Positions 1 through 8,804 are shown, counted from the first letter of the stretch. The stretch: 64,000 nt of DNA from Pusillimonas sp. (GCA_044464765.1 JBIQKZ010000019.1:4759-68758); one strand, 5' to 3'. Program-made: numbers and translations. The notes: generated from the letters alone by a model not told the origin.

Positions 1-1
1 G

Positions 2-832
2 CGGGAAGCCGAAGCGAAGGCGCTGCGCACCTTGGAACGGCTGCGGCAGGGATTCAGCGGCGAGGACGATGCGCACGGAGACTACGAGGATGACGGCCAG
101 CTAAAAGCTGCCGTCATGTCCGACCGGCTGGCGCAACGCTTGAGCGCCCACCGCACCGCCGCGCTGCAAATCGAACTGGCGCAGAACCCGCACGCCGCCT
201 TGGCTGCGGTGGTGCATGGCATGGTGCAGACGGTCTTGAAAAAGGGTTATTACTATCGTGACAGTTTGCCGCTGGAAATACGGCTTACCGTGCAAGACCG
301 GCTGGAAAGCATGGCCCCGGACTGGCCGGAATCGCCCGCTGCGGTGGCCTTGCGTGAAATGCAACAGGCGATAGGAGCAGAGTTGCCACAGAACGGCACT
401 GACCTGTTTGCCGTCTTGTTGGCAAAACCGCAGGATGAACTGGTGCGGCTGATGGCGGTATGCGCGGCAGCGACCGTGGATGCGGTGATATCCCGCGCCA
501 ACGAGCACCAACCGGGAGCGGATCTGGCGCAGGCGGTGGGTTTGGATATGGCAGCATGGTGGCAGCCGACCGCCGAGGGTTATTTCCAGCACATTTCCAA
601 GGCCATGATTTTGGATGCAGTGGGCGAGTTCGCACCTGACTACGTTTCCCGGCTGGCGAAGCTCAAGAAAACGGACATTGCCAGCGAAGCGGAACGGCTG
701 GTGCAGGGTACGGGCTGGATGCCCGCCATCTTCCGGGGGGAAGAGCCGCAGGATACGGCGGCAGACGAAGGCGGCGCAACCGCCGAGGATGCCGACGCGC
801 CCACTGAACCGGCTGATGTAGTAGCGGCATAA
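2..832 (+). CDS. ParB/KorB-like ICE protein, C-terminal part only. The 5' end lies outside the window
   Basis: The frame is open from the window edge to TAA at 830-832, and the tail is acidic and Ala/Asp/Glu-rich. The sequence (SAHRTAALQIELAQNPHAALAAVVHGMV...) resembles the long ParB-like proteins encoded next to radC in this ICE family (from memory). Confidence 0.6.
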   Translation, partial: REAEAKALRTLERLRQGFSGEDDAHGDYEDDGQLKAAVMSDRLAQRLSAHRTAALQIELAQNPHAALAAVVHGMVQTVLKKGYYYRDSLPLEIRLTVQDRLESMAPDWPESPAAVALREMQQAIGAELPQNGTDLFAVLLAKPQDELVRLMAVCAAATVDAVISRANEHQPGADLAQAVGLDMAAWWQPTAEGYFQHISKAMILDAVGEFAPDYVSRLAKLKKTDIASEAERLVQGTGWMPAIFRGEEPQDTAADEGGATAEDADAPTEPADVVAA

Positions 833-845
833 CCTTGAAGATAAA

Positions 846-875
846 CCAGCGCCCCGGCTGGAACCGGGGCGCTGG
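846..875 (+). terminator. GC-rich hairpin directly after the ParB-like gene
   Basis: ccagcgccccgg / ctggaa / ccggggcgctgg gives a perfect 12-bp stem and 6-nt loop. It is followed by cggtttat, which is only a weak T tract. Confidence 0.45.
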
Positions 876-1169
876 CGGTTTATGAGCTCATTTAGCACCG
901 TCCCCCATGTCCTTCTGCCATGGGGGACGGTGAGCAAAATCCGGGCGCTGCATCGCCGCGCCCGGTGATAACAGCCAAAGCGAAAAGCCAAATCAGCCGT
1001 TCGCCGCCCACGGGGCCAGCGGCGACCGGAACCTATGAGACCAGCGCGCCTGGGGGCGGGTGGTCATCGCTGCGCTGAACAATTAGCAGCCCATCCAGGC
1101 GCAAGGCACGGAGTGACAAGGGCTGTCATAAAGTCTTCATCTCTTATACACAGGCTTGCTCACAGAATC

Positions 1170-1178
1170 TGTGGATAA
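1170..1178 (-). promoter_or_regulatory. Isolated perfect DnaA-box consensus (TTATCCACA on the minus strand)
   Basis: The plus strand reads tgtggataa. The same 11-mer gtggataagtc recurs at 6403-6413 downstream of repA. Confidence 0.3.
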
Positions 1179-1550
1179 GTCCGTGCGTGTCGGCGCGAGC
1201 GCCGCCAGGCTCTCGGGCTACGCCCCGTGCCGGCTTTGCCGTCACGGCCATTCGGCTTCCATCCCTCACGCCTTCGCGCCAGGGGCGCTGCGTGCTTCGC
1301 TTGCACGTTGCGCGATCTGCAACGATTACAGTCTGGCTGCGTTTCACGCAGAAGGTGTCAACGCAAACCCGAGTGACACGGTGGGGGCTGTTTTGCTTCC
1401 GGTCATTGTGTCATGCCGGTCTCGATTTCAAGGGCGGCGCGTCGCCGTGGACGCCGCTTGCGGCCGCTGGCCGTCTTCGACCCTTGAAATCTGCGCTGCG
1501 CCATGCCTTCCGGGTTCCGGGCAATCCCGCCCTGAACACTGGAGAGCATC

Positions 1551-2078
1551 ATGAATAACACCATCGCTGCGTTGAGCTATGACAATATGGATGAGACATG
1601 CGCCTTGTATGTACGCAGTCCCAGCGGCCGCTATAAGCTGGCCAGCGACGAGCAGATTCTGGCCGCTGGCCGTACGGCTGCGGAAAGCTTGGTTTCCCAA
1701 TCTTCGCCGGTCGATCAACCGACCAAGGTGAAGCAGTTTTTTCAGGCCAAGCTGGCTGGGTTGGGGCACGAATGCGCCGCCTTCCTTTATCTAGACTCAC
1801 GTTTCAAGCCAATTCGCTATATCGAGCAAGGGCCGGGCACGTTGAGTCAGGCCAGCGTCTATCCTCGCGAGATCGTGAAAACCGCCCTACGTTTGAACGC
1901 TGCCGCGCTCATCATGGCGCATAACCATCCGTCGGGTTCAACTGAACCAAGCATGGCTGACCTGAACCTGACCAAACATCTGAAAAATGCGCTGGCGCTG
2001 ATAGATGTACGGTTTCTCGATCATGTCATTGTGACGGCGGTAAGCACGGCCTCACTGGCAGAGCAGGGGCAGATGTAA
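1551..2078 (+). CDS. radC: RadC-like JAB/MPN domain protein
   Basis: 175-aa ORF with GGAG upstream. It carries the JAB signature AHNHPSGSTEPS and the C-terminal pattern LIDVRFLDHVIV typical of RadC. Confidence 0.9.
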   Translation: MNNTIAALSYDNMDETCALYVRSPSGRYKLASDEQILAAGRTAAESLVSQSSPVDQPTKVKQFFQAKLAGLGHECAAFLYLDSRFKPIRYIEQGPGTLSQASVYPREIVKTALRLNAAALIMAHNHPSGSTEPSMADLNLTKHLKNALALIDVRFLDHVIVTAVSTASLAEQGQM

Positions 2079-2086
2079 GCCCCAAA

Positions 2087-2117
2087 AACACTGCAGGGCC
2101 GGGCGCCCTGCAGTGTT
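2087..2117. terminator. Hairpin between radC and a 640-bp gap. The T-run lies on the minus-strand side
   Basis: aacactgcaggg / 7 nt / ccctgcagtgtt forms a 12-bp stem. The plus strand has AAAAA before the stem, so the hairpin is followed by TTTTT only when read on the minus strand. Confidence 0.5.
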
Positions 2118-2716
2118 GTCAGATCGGCAGGGTCAAGTGCTTTCGGTTTCTTTCTATATGGCGCCCCGCCAAAGGCGGCACGGGTAAGGCTACGCCTTGG
2201 CTTGCTGGCGCAGGTTGTGCGCAAGCGTGCTGTCCTCGATGCTGGCAATTCCTTGTCTGGACATCACGAGGGGCGGTTCACCGACACGTCGCCAAGCCTG
2301 GTTTATGAAATTTCCACACCGCGCTTTCAAAGACAGCGCCGCAGCGTGCGGCGGGGACATTTTCACCCAACATCGGCAGCCTGGTTCTTGCTCGCATCAG
2401 GGCGCTTGCCGGTCAAGCCTGTATGCGGAGAAGCCGCGTCCGCCATCTCTCTTTGCAGGACGGTCGGCCTGTACGTCCTTGTCTTGTCGTGAATCCTGGC
2501 GGGGGACGGCAAGCCTTGGGCTCATTGGCCGCAACCGTCCAGCACAAACAATTTCCCCGCCGCCGTGGGCGGCTTCCTCGCGGGACAAATTCTTTGTGCT
2601 TCCCGGCCCTTCACGTTGTTACGGCCGCTGGCGCGGTGCGGCCCGCCCACCCCCGCCGACCGGATCACAACAAGGACGCACTGGCGCGACCTTGAATTCA
2701 TGAAAGGAGTATCACC

Positions 2717-3031
2717 ATGGCTACCATCGGCACCTTCACCGCAGACAACAACGGCTACGCCGGCACCTTGCGCACCCTGACGCTTAACGTCAAGGTCAAG
2801 CTGGTACCTAACGATAAGGGCGAAAACGACAAAGCCCCCGACTTTCGCTTGCAGGCCGCCGGCAATGACATCGGCGCGGCGTGGAAGAAAACCAGCGAGG
2901 CCGGGCGGGAATACCTGTCGGTGACCCTGGATGACCCCTCGTTTCCGGCCACCGTCTATGCTCGCCTGATCGAAGGCGAGGACGGCACGCATGACCTGCT
3001 GTGGACGCGCAGCAAGCCGCAAGCGGCTTAA
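2717..3031 (+). CDS. DUF736-family protein (ICE/plasmid backbone)
   Basis: 104-aa ORF with RBS AAAGGAG. The pattern IGTFT..NGYAGTLRTLTLN...KAPDFRL...IGAAWKK is typical of DUF736. Confidence 0.85.
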   Translation: MATIGTFTADNNGYAGTLRTLTLNVKVKLVPNDKGENDKAPDFRLQAAGNDIGAAWKKTSEAGREYLSVTLDDPSFPATVYARLIEGEDGTHDLLWTRSKPQAA

Positions 3032-3038
3032 ACCACTA

Positions 3039-3060
3039 CGCCCCGCCTTTTGGCGGGGCG
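3039..3060. terminator. Hairpin between the convergent DUF736 and XRE genes
   Basis: cgccccgcc / tttt / ggcggggcg gives a 9-bp GC stem. No clear T tract is present on either side. Confidence 0.4.
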
Positions 3061-3101
3061 CATCCACTCAAAGGCCCATGGCGGCGCAGCCGCCACAGAC
3101 C

Positions 3102-3398
3102 TTACTCTGAGACCTTACCTTCGGTAAGCCGGGTTTCTGTTCGGCTCATGAGCACTGTCGTGCTGCATTCGAGTGCGCCGGCGATCTTGAAGATGATGGC
3201 AAGCGTGGGCATGTGCTCGCCGCGCTCGATCTTGCCCAGGTGGGAGCGCTCAATGTTGGCGAGATTCGCTAACATTTCCTGGGCGATGCCGCGCTCCGTT
3301 CGTAAGGCACGCACCGCCGCGCCGAAGGCTTGCGCCAGTTCGGCATCATACGTTGTGGTGCCGGTTGGCCGGCCGCGCTGTACAGGACGCTTTTTCAT
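3102..3398 (-). CDS. XRE-family helix-turn-helix transcriptional regulator
   Basis: HTH segment RGIAQEMLANLANIERSHLGKIERGEHMPTLAIIFKIAGAL. I placed the start at ATG 3398 (MKKRP) rather than at the ORF-track start 3425. Confidence 0.85.
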   Translation of the reverse strand: MKKRPVQRGRPTGTTTYDAELAQAFGAAVRALRTERGIAQEMLANLANIERSHLGKIERGEHMPTLAIIFKIAGALECSTTVLMSRTETRLTEGKVSE

Positions 3399-3662
3399 AG
3401 ACAAAAGCGTCGTTGATGGGCACAATTAAAACCACGTTATCTTTAACTCATTCATCTGGGTTTCATCTTTTTCTTGTGTAATGACAGAAAACCGTGAGAA
3501 CGGATTCCCTTAAAAGCGGAGAATCACAATGGTGCCTTTTAGGGTTTATGCACAAGCGGCATTACGATTGCCCGCTTTTACGGATTCGAGACAAACCGCT
3601 TCCGGGTCTCTGCACGAACGCACAAAGACAGATCAGGGGCTTTACGCTTTGGCAGAACACAC

Positions 3663-4013
3663 GTGACTTATCCACTTATTACCGACGACGAACACGCACA
3701 ACTGCTCGCCCACGGGCAGGCCCGCGCCGTAGGCCAGCGCATTGACCCGCTGCCTGTGGTGCGGATCTTTACACCGGACGCCCATGCGACCTGGCTACTG
3801 GTCAGTCTTGACCCGGTGGACGGCGATACGGCCTATGGCCTGATCGACCTGGGGATAGGCATGCCGGAACTGGGCACCGTGCAGCTTTCCGCCTTGGCCG
3901 CCATCGTCGGCCCACGCAAGCAACCCGTGATGCGCGACTGCTATTTCCAGGCTGTGCGCCCGCTCTCGGAATATGTCCGGCTGGCACAAGAAAACGGTTC
4001 GATCACGGATTGA
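3663..4013 (+). CDS. DUF2958-family protein (ICE backbone)
   Basis: 116-aa ORF with a GTG start. The sequence LITDDEHAQLLAHGQ...VRIFTPDAHATWLLVSLDP.DGDTAYGLIDLGIGMPELG is typical of DUF2958. Confidence 0.8.
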   Translation: MTYPLITDDEHAQLLAHGQARAVGQRIDPLPVVRIFTPDAHATWLLVSLDPVDGDTAYGLIDLGIGMPELGTVQLSALAAIVGPRKQPVMRDCYFQAVRPLSEYVRLAQENGSITD

Positions 4014-4372
4014 AACCGGTGGCTGCGATCAAAACGCATAGCCCATCCAATCAGGGCGCATTCAGACTATTTCAGTCATATTCAAGACCGGCACGGTCTG
4101 AATCCTCAGTCTGGCATAAATAGGCGACAGCCTAGACTTAAACAGTCATGATCTTTTGCGCGATATGCGGCAAGGTAAAGGATGCTGCTTACTGATTTTT
4201 CAGTGGCGCCGACATCGCATTCTGATTGCCAGCGCGAGGGTTAAGGCCCAATCGGACTTGATATTTTCAGTTTCATTTGATGCGATTGGTAGTTAAATAT
4301 TAACGCATTGAAACTGCGCTGTGTACGTTTTGCGATGAGGCGGCCCCGCTGAATGAAAAGGGGGTTTGCGTC

Positions 4373-5167
4373 ATGGCTGATTCGCACACCAGACACTGGC
4401 ATCCGACCGCTGCGTATCTCTACGTGCTGCATCTGGACGGCCCGGCACTCGCTTGGGAATACCTGCGCCGCCATCCCGAGTACCGGCAAGACTGGGTATG
4501 CCGTCGCCAACGGCCAGACGCTGCGCAGCGCTGGGGGCTGCGCTTGCTGGAAGACCCCGCCCTGGATGCGCGTGATGCGCATCCCATCTGGTTCCCCGAT
4601 GCTCAGGGCGTTCATCTTTACCCGGATGCCGACCCCATGCCGGAGGCTATGCTGTTCACGCTCTGGCGCATCCCGGGTGACAAATCCCTGATGCACGACG
4701 GCGTGCGCCTGGTGCTGCGGGCGCGCTGGCCGGGCGGCTGCCTGCGACTTGCGCTCGCCACTGGCCTGGCCGACGGCATGGCTTATGTCTATGCCGTGCG
4801 TGCCGGCGCCGACCTCCTGGCGCACGCGCAAGCGCTCACGCTGGAAATGAACAAGCTGGCCCTGGCGAGCGGCGTCATCCCCATTGCTGTCGTACGACCG
4901 CGGCCCGCCCTGTCGGCCTTGCAGGAGCTGCACACTTTGCAGGCGCTCGATGCCACCCTGGCAGGGGCATCCTTGCGCGAGATTGCCGAAGGGCTGTTTG
5001 GCCCCAAGACAGTGGCGCGCGACTGGCATGCCGACGGCGCGTTGCGCGCCCGCATGCGCCGCCTGGTGCGCCGGGGTGAAACGCTGATGCGCGGCGGCTA
5101 TCGCCGCCTGGCACAGCTTCCCGCGCCGGTACAGGGACGTTTTGCACCCCCTGCAAAACGTCCCTGA
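4373..5167 (+). CDS. DUF2285/DUF6499-type regulator-domain protein (ICE backbone)
   Basis: 264-aa ORF. N-terminal AAYLYVLHLDGPALAWEYLRRHPEYRQDW and C-terminal LQALDATLAGASLREIAEGLFG resemble the conserved ICE protein found upstream of the HTH and repA genes. Confidence 0.75.
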   Translation: MADSHTRHWHPTAAYLYVLHLDGPALAWEYLRRHPEYRQDWVCRRQRPDAAQRWGLRLLEDPALDARDAHPIWFPDAQGVHLYPDADPMPEAMLFTLWRIPGDKSLMHDGVRLVLRARWPGGCLRLALATGLADGMAYVYAVRAGADLLAHAQALTLEMNKLALASGVIPIAVVRPRPALSALQELHTLQALDATLAGASLREIAEGLFGPKTVARDWHADGALRARMRRLVRRGETLMRGGYRRLAQLPAPVQGRFAPPAKRP

Positions 5168-5235
5168 GCAGGTCGCCCGGCTTTGTTGAGACTGTCTGCA
5201 TCCGGCCCTGCTGTGTGGCCGTGCGCTCTTAACCG

Positions 5236-5535
5236 ATGGAGGCTCACCCCATGCGACCTGCACCTTTACGGCCTGCCGCCGTTCCCGCCACTGCGCCCGC
5301 GCAGCCCCAACGCTACCTCACCAACGATGAAGCCGCAGGCTACCTGCGTCTGTCGCCGCGCACGCTGGAAAAGCAGCGCGTGATCGGCGGTGGTCCGAAG
5401 TTTCGCAAATTCGGTCGGCGCGTCATGTACGCCGTGGCCGACCTGGATGCCTGGGCCGATGCGCGCAGCTATGAAGCCACCTCCGACCCAGAGTATGCCG
5501 AACGCCATGCGGGTGATTATCGTGACGGCCGCTGA
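5236..5535 (+). CDS. Excisionase-family (MerR/AlpA-like) helix-turn-helix protein. Candidate recombination directionality factor
   Basis: The core YLTNDEAAGYLRLSPRTLEKQRVIGGGPKFRKFGRRVMYAVADLDAWA has the excisionase-type HTH pattern. The start is uncertain (5236 or 5251). Confidence 0.7.
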   Translation: MEAHPMRPAPLRPAAVPATAPAQPQRYLTNDEAAGYLRLSPRTLEKQRVIGGGPKFRKFGRRVMYAVADLDAWADARSYEATSDPEYAERHAGDYRDGR

Positions 5536-5561
5536 TCGTCCGCGCGCTGCCGACCATCGCC

Positions 5562-6410
5562 ATGTCCCGTCCGTCCGCCGCGCCGCGACCGCCGCAGCAG
5601 GAACAGCTTGCCCTGTTCCGTGCCTTGCCCGGCGACATGGCGCCACGCGATGCGCAGGACTTGATGGCCTATCCCTTCTTCTCGCTGGCGAAGTCGCGGC
5701 GCCTCAAGCCCATCGACTTTCGCAATGCGAATATCACCATCCGCGTGGAAGGTACGCAGGAGCACGGCATTGCCACGATCTGGGATGCCGACATCCTGAT
5801 CTGGGCCGCATCGCAGATTGTTCAGGCACGCGATGCCGGCATTCCTCCTTCACGCTGGATACGCGCCACACCCTACGAAATCCTGCGCTTTATCGGGCGC
5901 GGTACCTCCTTGCGCGACTACCAGCGCCTGAAAGCGGCGCTCGACCGGCTGCAATCGACCAGCGTGGCAACGTCTATCCGCGAAACCACGGGGCGGCGGC
6001 TGCATCGTTTTTCGTGGATCAACGAGTGGAAGGAGCTGGCCGATGCTCACGGCAAGCCGCTGGGCATCGAACTCATCCTGCCGGACTGGTTCTACGCGGG
6101 CGTGCTCGACGCGGCCCTGGTGTTGACCATCGACCCGGCGTACTTCCGGCTGACGGGTGGTATCGAACGCTGGCTGTATCGCCTGGTGCGCAAGCACGGC
6201 GGCAAGCAGGCAGACGGCTGGCAATTCGATTTCCGCTACCTGCACCAGAAGTCCGGCAGTACGGCCAAGCCCGCCGACTTCGCCTGCGACCTGCGTGCGC
6301 TGGTCGCCACGCAATCGCTGCCCGGCTACGTATTGGGTATCGAGCTGCTGCCGGACGAAGGCCGCGAACGGCTGACCTTCCGACCAGTGCCGTCCACGGC
6401 ACGTGGATAA
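5562..6410 (+). CDS. repA: Replication initiator protein A (RepA)-like
   Basis: 282-aa ORF. The motifs MAYPFFSLAKSRR...IEY-type N-terminus, LILPDWFY and ERWLYRLVRKHGG are typical of the plasmid/ICE RepA family. Confidence 0.85.
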   Translation: MSRPSAAPRPPQQEQLALFRALPGDMAPRDAQDLMAYPFFSLAKSRRLKPIDFRNANITIRVEGTQEHGIATIWDADILIWAASQIVQARDAGIPPSRWIRATPYEILRFIGRGTSLRDYQRLKAALDRLQSTSVATSIRETTGRRLHRFSWINEWKELADAHGKPLGIELILPDWFYAGVLDAALVLTIDPAYFRLTGGIERWLYRLVRKHGGKQADGWQFDFRYLHQKSGSTAKPADFACDLRALVATQSLPGYVLGIELLPDEGRERLTFRPVPSTARG

Positions 6411-6444
6411 GTCTGTGGAAAGGCTGTGAATATGCTGTGGATAG
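6402..6444 (-). promoter_or_regulatory. Cluster of three DnaA-box-like 9-mers overlapping the repA stop
   Basis: The minus strand reads TTATCCACG (6402-6410, 8/9), CTTTCCACA (6414-6422, 7/9) and CTATCCACA (6436-6444, 8/9). All three share one orientation. Confidence 0.45.
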
Positions 6445-6510
6445 TATCGTGCTATCAGGCGTGTCCGGTATCGTGCTATCAGACGTGGGACTATCGTGCT
6501 ATCAGGCGTG
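6445..6510 (+). repeat. Three direct 19-bp repeats, tatcgtgctatcagRcgtg. They are iteron-like or a partition-site candidate
   Basis: Copies lie at 6445-6463, 6469-6487 and 6492-6510, so starts are spaced 24 and 23 nt apart. They sit between repA and parA. Confidence 0.7.
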
Positions 6511-6553
6511 CCAACCGGCTGCAAATCCGCGCCAGTATTGGGTTTGCAGGCCC

Positions 6554-6592
6554 CTTAACTTATCTAACTTAACTACTCTAACTATTGATAAA
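6554..6592. other. AT-rich tract with four TAACT pentamers (candidate DNA-unwinding element)
   Basis: The sequence cttaacttatctaacttaactactctaactattgataa lies in otherwise GC-rich DNA. TAACT starts at 6556, 6565, 6570 and 6579. Confidence 0.4.
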
Positions 6593-6723
6593 CGCTCGCC
6601 ACCACGATGGATAGGTCCTGAAAAGGGAAACACGCGGCAGCTTGAAGGACGTAATCAGCCGAAAAACCAAACCCGTTTGGCAAGGCAAAAACAGCCCGGT
6701 TGTACAGGCAGGAGGGCTGCGCC

Positions 6724-7362
6724 ATGATCATTGCTTTGCTCAATCAGAAAGGTGGGGTGGGTAAGACCACGCTGGCCACCCACATCGCCGGAGAACTCGC
6801 GCTGCGCGGTCAGCAGGTCGTCCTGCTGGATGCCGACCCGCAGGGCTCATCACTGGACTGGACACAGCGTAGAAGCCAGCAAGGGCTGCTACGGTTGTTC
6901 AGCGCCGTGGGCCTGGCACGCGAAACACTGCATCAGGAAGCACCGGAACTCGCCAGGCAGGCCGATCATGTGCTCATTGATGGCCCGCCACGCATCGCCG
7001 CCTTGGCGCGCTCCGCGCTGCTGGCGGCCGATTACGTGCTGATTCCCGTGCAGCCCAGCCCCTACGACCTGTGGGCCAGCGCTGAGATGGTGGCGCTGGT
7101 CCGCGAGGCACAGGTGTTCCGGCCCACCTTGCAAGCTGCCTTTGTCATCAACCGGCGGGTCAGTACCACGGTGATCGGACGTGAAGCCCGTCGAGCGCTG
7201 GCTGAGCAGTCATTGCCGGCGCTGCGCGCCGAGGTTCGCCAGCGAATCGTCTTTGCCGACAGCGTGGCCGCCGGGCGGCTGGCACGCGAAACGGCGCCTG
7301 ATAGCGCGGCGGCGCGTGAGATCACCGCGCTGGTCGATGAACTGCTGCAGTGGCCGATATGA
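6724..7362 (+). CDS. parA: ParA-family partition ATPase
   Basis: Deviant Walker A motif LNQKGGVGKTT, with RBS GGAGGG 7 nt upstream of ATG 6724. Confidence 0.92.
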   Translation: MIIALLNQKGGVGKTTLATHIAGELALRGQQVVLLDADPQGSSLDWTQRRSQQGLLRLFSAVGLARETLHQEAPELARQADHVLIDGPPRIAALARSALLAADYVLIPVQPSPYDLWASAEMVALVREAQVFRPTLQAAFVINRRVSTTVIGREARRALAEQSLPALRAEVRQRIVFADSVAAGRLARETAPDSAAAREITALVDELLQWPI

Positions 7363-7643
7363 CAGCCAAGTCGCCACTGAACAGCAAACGTCCAGCCAAG
7401 CGCGTGGGTATTGGTGCGCGTCCGCCGGTGAATCCGCACGCTGAAGCGTGGATTCGCCAGGGCGATGCCGACGCGCTGAACAAGGGCGATCTCTACACCG
7501 CTCGCCTGACGCTGGACATTACCCCCGCTCTGCGGGCGCGCATTAAGGTGTCGGCCTTCACGCAAGGCCTGACCGTGGCCGACCTGCTGCGCGGTCTGCT
7601 GGAGCGCGAGTTTCCAGAGCATCGCAACGAGGACACGCCATGA
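7359..7643 (+). CDS. Small ribbon-helix-helix (ParG/CopG-like) protein, probable ParA partner
   Basis: ATGA overlap with the parA stop. The basic N-terminus is followed by TARLTLDITPALRARIKVSAFTQGLTVADLLRGLLE, which fits an RHH pattern. Confidence 0.65.
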   Translation: MTAKSPLNSKRPAKRVGIGARPPVNPHAEAWIRQGDADALNKGDLYTARLTLDITPALRARIKVSAFTQGLTVADLLRGLLEREFPEHRNEDTP

Positions 7644-8185
7644 ATACCTGCGTTTCGCGTACCGCTGGCGCAGCCACGGCGACATCGCTGCCGCCATCTG
7701 CCGCGCTAGCCCTGCATGCTAACCGCGCACCGCTGACGCGCGTGGCGCTGGCAACAATCGAACCCCACTTCAATCTTTATCTGCGTTTTGGTGAACCGGC
7801 GCATATGCTGAGACTGGACCGCTGGCGGCGCTGGGCGGTGTTTCTGCCGGGCGCGGTGCTCTGCCGCATCCGCTGGCAGGCCAATGACTACGGCACGGTG
7901 CGCTGGCAACTCATGGTGATGCAGGCCTTCACGCCGCTGGACGCGACGCAGCGTATCTCCGGCGTGCAGCCTGGTGCGCGCCTGCTGTTGCACGTTGAAG
8001 GCCATCATCCCGTCCGTTCGGTGCTGGAACGCATTGATGCCATTGAGTCACTGGGCATCGCGCCCGCCGCTGCCTCGCCTGCGTACTGGCGCACGCTCGC
8101 CAATCGGCTGGCGGCGCGTCAGCCCTTGCCCGACTACACCGTCGAGCGGCATGCCGCCTGGCTGGCTGGGAGGATGCTGCCATGA
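7640..8185 (+). CDS. DUF2840-family protein (ICE backbone)
   Basis: 181-aa ORF overlapping both neighbours by 4 nt. Its position upstream of traF matches related ICEs (from memory). Confidence 0.65.
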   Translation: MNTCVSRTAGAATATSLPPSAALALHANRAPLTRVALATIEPHFNLYLRFGEPAHMLRLDRWRRWAVFLPGAVLCRIRWQANDYGTVRWQLMVMQAFTPLDATQRISGVQPGARLLLHVEGHHPVRSVLERIDAIESLGIAPAAASPAYWRTLANRLAARQPLPDYTVERHAAWLAGRMLP

Positions 8186-8769
8186 CCAGGATTTTCACTG
8201 CCGGCCCTGTGCTGCAACCTCGGTCACGCTGGCGCTTGCGCATCGTGCTGGCGGGCTTCGTTGCTGTCGGCCTCGCTGCGCTGGCCTGGGCGGCATTCAC
8301 GCCGCCGCTGCCGCGCCTTATCTACAACCCGTCCGACAGCGTAGCGGTCGGTTGGTATCGCGTCGAACCGCTCCAACGTCGGCCTGACTCGCTACCTCGT
8401 CGGCTACGAGTGGGCAGCATCGTTCTGACCCGATTACCTGCCGACGCGGCGGCACTGGCCTCGCAGCGCGGCTACCTGCCGGCCCACATTCCGCTACTCA
8501 AACGTGTGGGCGCGGTCGCGCCGCAACACGTCTGCATCGTGGCTGGTCAGATACGCATCGACGGCGTGCCGGTGGCCGCCGTGCTGCCTGCTGATCGGCT
8601 GGGGCGGCCGCTGCCATCCTGGCCGCATTGCCGGCCACTGGTGGAGGACGAACTGTTCCTGTTGAGCGCCACGAATCCGGCCTCGTTCGACAGCCGCTAC
8701 TTCGGCCCGGTCAGCGCAGCCGCCGTGATCGGTATCGCGCATCCGATCTGGCACAAGGCGCAGCCATGA
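8182..8769 (+). CDS. traF: Conjugal transfer peptidase TraF (S26 signal-peptidase family)
   Basis: N-terminal TM segment, then NPSDSVAVGWY (a Ser-containing S26 motif) and NPASFDSRYFGPV near the C-terminus. Confidence 0.85.
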   Translation: MTRIFTAGPVLQPRSRWRLRIVLAGFVAVGLAALAWAAFTPPLPRLIYNPSDSVAVGWYRVEPLQRRPDSLPRRLRVGSIVLTRLPADAAALASQRGYLPAHIPLLKRVGAVAPQHVCIVAGQIRIDGVPVAAVLPADRLGRPLPSWPHCRPLVEDELFLLSATNPASFDSRYFGPVSAAAVIGIAHPIWHKAQP

Positions 8770-8804
8770 GGATCGCCGATTCATTGCACGTTGCTGTGCA
8801 TGTC

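Noticed and set aside
101-991. 296-aa minus-strand ORF antisense to the ParB-like gene. Similar long antisense ORFs occur at 4241-5263, 5850-6524, 7062-7697, 41085-42041, 50926-52044 and 58025-59044
   Set aside because: They fully overlap genes with clear family motifs on the other strand. Their compositions are Arg/Gly/Ala/Pro-rich, as is typical of GC-driven spurious frames, and they have no RBS or recognisable motif.
2190-2360. 56-codon minus-strand ORF as an annotated CDS
   Set aside because: It has no convincing RBS or recognisable family, and it lies in GC-rich DNA where such frames arise by chance. I kept it only as a hypothesis under findings.
6541-6600. CTTAAC within the AT-rich tract as a fourth PmrA-like box
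   Set aside because: The second hexamer at the N5 spacing reads TAACTT rather than CTTAAT, and the context is the repA-parA origin-like region.
5390-6727. 445-aa plus-strand ORF spanning repA in another frame
   Set aside because: It overlaps the well-supported repA frame and runs through the repeat and AT-rich region. Its content is low-complexity and Arg/Ala-rich.
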